From Octopus bimaculoides (lineage: Eukaryota), in contig NC_068989.1 of the NCBI RefSeq assembly GCF_001194135.2, forward strand, positions 10,805,341 to 10,847,293: DNA of 41,953 nucleotides, given 5' to 3'. The first letter of the stretch is position 1, and each line of letters begins with the position of its first letter. Position numbers and translations under genes: made by a program. Shown here in pieces: positions 33,925 to 41,953 of this stretch. Below the pieces are notes generated by a model. That model saw only the letters and a list, made by a program, of their open reading frames with translations. It was not told the DNA's origin and did no database searches.

Positions 33925-34556
33925 TCTAAGGTTCTTATATAATGATAGAGGACTGCATATAAAAAAGTATATATATATATATATATATATNNNNNNNNNN
34001 NNNNNNNNNNNNNNNNNNNNNNNNNNNNNNNNNNNNNNNNNNNNNNNNNNNNNNNNNNNNNNNNNNNNNNNNNNNNNNNNNNNNNNNNNNNNNNNNNNNN
34101 NNNNNNNNNNNNNNNNNNNNNNNNNNNNNNNNNNNNNNNNNNNNNNNNNNNNNNNNNNNNNNNNNNNNNNNNNNNNNNNNNNNNNNNNNNNNNNNNNNNN
34201 NNNNNNNNNNNNNNNNNNNNNNNNNNNNNNNNNNNNNNNNNNNNNNNNNNNNNNNNNNNNNNNNNNNNNNNNNNNNNNNNNNNNNNNNNNNNNNNNNNNN
34301 NNNNNNNNNNNNNNNNNNNNNNNNNNTAAGTATAATATAATACAAAGTATATATCGTAAGATAATGATAATAAAACGACTACACGTATTTCATAACCAAT
34401 ATGTGACAGTGGATTTTCGTCGATGAGTTCATGAACCTTGGTTCTTTTCCCTAAAACTATATATATTTATATTTTACCCTGTGAAACTTAATTTAATTTT
34501 AATTTTAAATAAATTGAATTTAATTGAGTTTTTACCTGTAAATTTGGATTTTTTCC

Positions 34557-34599
<43 letters not shown>

Positions 34600-35857
34600 T
34601 TACATAATAACAACAATTAGTGTTATTATATAACTAGAATTATTGCTATTATTATATCCTACATTATATCGGTATAAACCTGATGCAACCCCGAAAAACT
34701 GAGTCACTAGTCAGCATCATTAGACGGTAGCTGGCATAATGAAAAAAGGACCTTTATTTGCATATCTTTAACGTTAACACAAACAAATTTAGAATTGCCG
34801 AGAGCAAACAAAACAAAACAAAACAATATGGCTCTATATTCTGAGTAAATTTTTGTGGGCGCCGCCAATATGGGAAGTTCTCAGTCTTATCATTAATGGT
34901 GCAAAACTGAGTATTACCAATTGGTTGATAACTGATGAAGAATTAGGGACCTTTTGCGTCTGTCGTTTGTTTATTTACCATGCATTTTTTTTTCATTTAT
35001 TAAATAACGGAACGCAACGTACACAATTGTGTGTGTATATATATANNNNNNNNNNNNNNNNNNNNNNNNNNNNNNNNNNNNNNNNNNNNNNNNNNNNNNN
35101 NNNNNNNNNNNNNNNNNNNNNNNNNNNNNNNNNNNNNNNNNNNNNNNNNNNNNNNNNNNNNNNNNNNNNNNNNNNNNNNNNNNNNNNNNNNNNNNNNNNN
35201 NNNNNNNNNNNNNNNNNNNNNNNNNNNNNNNNNNNNNNNNNNNNNNNNNNNNNNNNNNNNNNNNNNNNNNNNNNNNNNNNNNNNNNNNNNNNNNNNNNNN
35301 NNNNNNNNNNNNNNNNNNNNNNNNNNNNNNNNNNNNNNNNNNNNNNNNNNNNNNNNNNNNNNNNNNNNNNNNNNNNNNNNNNNNNNNNNNNNNNNNNNNN
35401 NNNNNNNNNNNNNNNNNNNNNNNNNNNNNNNNNNNNNNNNNNNNNNNNNNNNNNNNNNNNNNNNNNNNNNNNNNNNNNNNNNNNNNNNNNNNNNNNNNNN
35501 NNNNNNNNNNNNNNNNNNNNNNNNNNNNNNNNNNNNNNNNNNNNNNNNNNNNNNNNNNNNNNNNNNNNNNNNNNNNNNNNNNNNNNNNNNNNNNNNNNNN
35601 NNNNNNNNNNNNNNNNNNNNNNNNNNNNNNNNNNNNNNNNNNNNNNNNNNNNNNNNNNNNNNNNNNNNNNNNNNNNNNNNNNNNNNNNNNNNNNNNNNNN
35701 NNNNNNNNNNNNNNNNNNNNNNNNNNNNNNNNNNNNNNNNNNNNNNNNNNNNNNNNNNNNNNNNNNNNNNNNCATACATAGAGAGAGAGAGAGAGACGCA
35801 CACAAATGTGTGTGCATATATAGTACGTATGAATGTATTTACATATACACACACACA

Positions 35858-35907
<50 letters not shown>

Positions 35908-36017
35908 AATGTAGTGTATAAATATAGAAACATACTAGAAGCATGCACAAAATTTCACAAAGGCTTACTATGAATTTATTGTTGAAGTGTTTCTAGCCCG
36001 TAATGTGTTTGTCTGAA

Positions 36018-36432
36018 GAAGAATTCCGGAGGGTCTAGCGACTAACTTGGGGATTGAAAGCTACATACAACTCCTGGACCGGATACCATTGGATTACCAA
36101 ACGTTCCACGCTTTCCATTCAGAGAAAGGACCCAATACTACCACAGCTTAGGGTTCAATGCACCACAGTTCTTCGGTACCTTCTTAGAAAACCTCAGAGA
36201 TCTACGATGCTTAGTTGAGCATGCATTTAGAAAACAATACGATAAATTTCTAGCTGAGACACCAGATGAACTCACATCACTACAAGAAATGCAATTAAGA
36301 GTGATGTTGTCTAACTCATTGATTCACCAAAATCAAACACGGGGAGAAATCTGTGGAAATGAAATTATGCGAACTAACAACGTTAGTAATGGCGGTGCCT
36401 CTGCATGGCCACATCCTCTGGCTGAAACAAGT
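36018..36432 (+). mobile_element. 3' end of a CR1-like LINE (C-terminal ORF2 plus tail shared with SINE family C)
   Basis: My translation: RIPEGLATNLGIESY / QYYHSLGFNAPQFFGTFLENLRDL...FRKQYDKFLAETPDELTS...SNSLIHQ, fitting the SLGF.GP.LFN.LP..LRDL...FK..LD.FL...PDEP pattern I associate with CR1-type C-termini. Ends GGCGGTGCCTCTGCATGGCCACA...GCTGAAACAAGTA. Clade assignment unverified. Confidence 0.7.
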
Positions 36433-36870
36433 ACAATTGAACGTAAGGACTACACATATATATATATATACATACATACATACATATTATTATTATTATT
36501 ATTGCTACGGTTGTGTGTATATGTATATTTATTATTATATATTCAGAGTAATTTACTTGCTTGTAAAGTGTAAAGGAAATCAAAATATTTTGTACTTATC
36601 AACTTTACAATTTTATTGGATAGCTAAGATTACGCAAAAAATTTATCAAAGCACTTTCACATTGCTGCAGACTACGTGTTTGAGTTCCTTTACACGGAAT
36701 TACAAGGAATATGAAGAAGATATTGCAAGCGGGAAGAATCAATTGTTTAAACGAGAAGCGATTTATGTGAAACGAAACGGTTCTCCTAAGAATTGAAACT
36801 GCATCACTGAGACTGCGTTGCAGAAACCGTAACAATATAGAGTAAATATAAGGTCATTCCGCTGAGGATA

Positions 36871-37000
36871 GTTGACATGACTGAAGCAACGTGAAATGAA
36901 ATGTTTTGGTGAAGAACACAACGCACCACCCGGTCCGAGAATCGAAACTACGATCTTGCAATCGTAATTGCTACACTCTAACCACAATGCCACGCACTTT
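36871..37000 (-). mobile_element. SINE family B, 5' part
   Basis: GCAACGTGAAATG...AAGAACACAACGCACCACCCGGTCCGAGAATCGAAACTACGATC...CTCTAACCAC...GCCACGCAC. Confidence 0.78.
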
Positions 37001-37739
37001 CATTGATCAAGGATGATGAAAGCTAAAGTCAATTTTGGCGGGATTTAAAATGAGAACGTAAAGAGGTGTAACTGATCCTCGAATCACTTTGAACTGTACT
37101 TCGCTGTGACCACGTTAATACAGATGTTTGTAATAGTATTAATAAATTGTTGATAATGGAAAGGATGGCATACAGGAATATGGTGATAAAAGGAGGAGAG
37201 AAAAGAGAAATAATAAAATGAGAGTCGAGGGAAAGATTAAAAGATTTCTTTCTTCTTTCTTTTGACTCTAGGAACATTGCACAAAATTCTGAATGAGAGG
37301 CAAATATGAAGTTGTAACGTTCATTCTTGTCCAAAGGTTATTAATGTCATGAGTGAAAAGAACCGATTTCAAATGAGTACAGAACTTGTGTCATGGTCTT
37401 AAGTTGCTGGGAGCTTAATACTTTATAGGGCTCGTTTGGAGTTTTGAGATGGAATGCAAAAGCAATGAAAGTAATTTGACTAAATAAAATGAGCGTTACC
37501 AACCTGTACATCTTTAACTGGACTGTTGGACATATCGTAGAGTAACTTGTTTAAGAATCCGAAATAAAATAGCCGAAATATGAGCTGTGGATTTTTTTTC
37601 CCCTGGCGTCTCCTAAGGTGAAGGGATTTATTTGCCACTGGCACCGACTGCAGCACCAATGATTTTGATTAAAGCAGACGACATGGGAACCAGTTGTGAA
37701 GGAAGTCGTAGAGAATGAGAGTAGGGTGGGAAAAGAAGG

Positions 37740-40820
<3,081 letters not shown>

Positions 40821-41039
40821 ATGATCTTTTATAGAATAGAAAACCCTACCAACAACAATATAAACAGATAAATAAATAAATGACGCAAATAGATGTGAAA
40901 ACAAGCTCAAATTTACAAATATAGGGAAATAAAATAAACGCATGTAGAAATTTAGATGAAAGCAAAACAATAAAAATGAGATAGAGTGGAAATTCAAAGG
41001 AAATATTTAAATAGATTGCTTATAATAATAATAATCGCA

Positions 41040-41082
<43 letters not shown>

Positions 41083-41438
41083 TTAATAATAAATCTATTC
41101 TTTTAATACCTTTCTGGTGAATTCTAGTACACCTTAAATATTAATGCTTATATATAAACAGATCCGAATGTTTGTTATGTATATTGGGAAACACAGATTT
41201 GTTCATCCATCCATCAATCCATCTATCTTTATATATACACCTAAGTGCACAATCCACCATATTTGCATATATATTTATATATGTATATCTATATATGTGT
41301 GTGTGTGCATGTGTGTATGTGTATGTGCGTGGCCTGGGCATAAGTGTCTGTAGGAGTATGTGCAAGTATGCGTATGAATGAACATGATATGACATACGCA
41401 AAGTTCATGTGAGTGTGTACACGCATACATACACAATG

Positions 41439-41487
<49 letters not shown>

Positions 41488-41914
41488 CGAGATATACAGA
41501 CAGATAAATAGGTAGATTGCTACATAATCACACAGACAGACAGGTAGAATAACTATAGAAATTCTGGCTAAAAACCAAAATACAAATATAAACTAAACAG
41601 ATATATTACACATAAAAAATTCATGATATATCTTCCAAGATTTACAGTTATATTGATTTAAATCGAACGTTGAGGATTTTTACAGTTATAATATTATTCC
41701 CAAGATCCTTTGTGACTCACTGCAAAACGCGCCGCCATCACGCCATTACAATAGTTTACTTTATAAATGAGAATGCGAATGCCTCCAAACGTCAGTGTTA
41801 TGGGTATAGAAAAGATAATTTTCTGCATCAAACGTAAAGGACCAATAAGAGAGATATGAAAACATATGTAATATTAATTATCAAATTTTAATGTGTTCGT
41901 GATTTTAAATTTAA

Positions 41915-41953
<39 letters not shown>

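Noticed and set aside
37616-37720. Possible exon after CCTAAG with one open frame (EGIYLPLAPTAAPMILIKADDMG...)
   Set aside because: No consensus donor before the stop and no recognisable homology.

Overview
Eukaryotic, AT-rich, repeat-saturated non-coding DNA from a gapped short-read assembly: 12 N-gaps totalling roughly 3.7 kb, most abutting (TA)n, (GT)n or (TAA)n tracts. The SINE repertoire and extreme microsatellite density point to an octopod cephalopod (Octopus-like); this is recalled family knowledge, not a database result. I found no supportable host protein-coding exon, tRNA, rRNA or CRISPR array, and most long ORFs in the track are microsatellite or gap read-throughs. What is supported: many SINE copies from several families (A-F are my own window-internal labels, some copies with target-site duplications); relics of two different R4/Dong-like REL-endonuclease retrotransposons, an RTE LINE, a CR1-like LINE and a probable Penelope-like RT; a Helitron 3' end with PIF1-like helicase; an internally deleted mariner; hAT-type MITEs; and a fold-back element. 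The most unusual structures are (1) a decayed ~46-bp array at ~3.0-3.4 kb that keeps an ETS-type CGGAA core in five consecutive units, (2) two back-to-back ~95-120 bp near-perfect palindromes at the mariner left end that look like a double snap-back repair scar, and (3) a dispersed repeat with a covarying stem-loop in a hammerhead-like context beside the Penelope-like relic. None of these is proven to be a new biological system.
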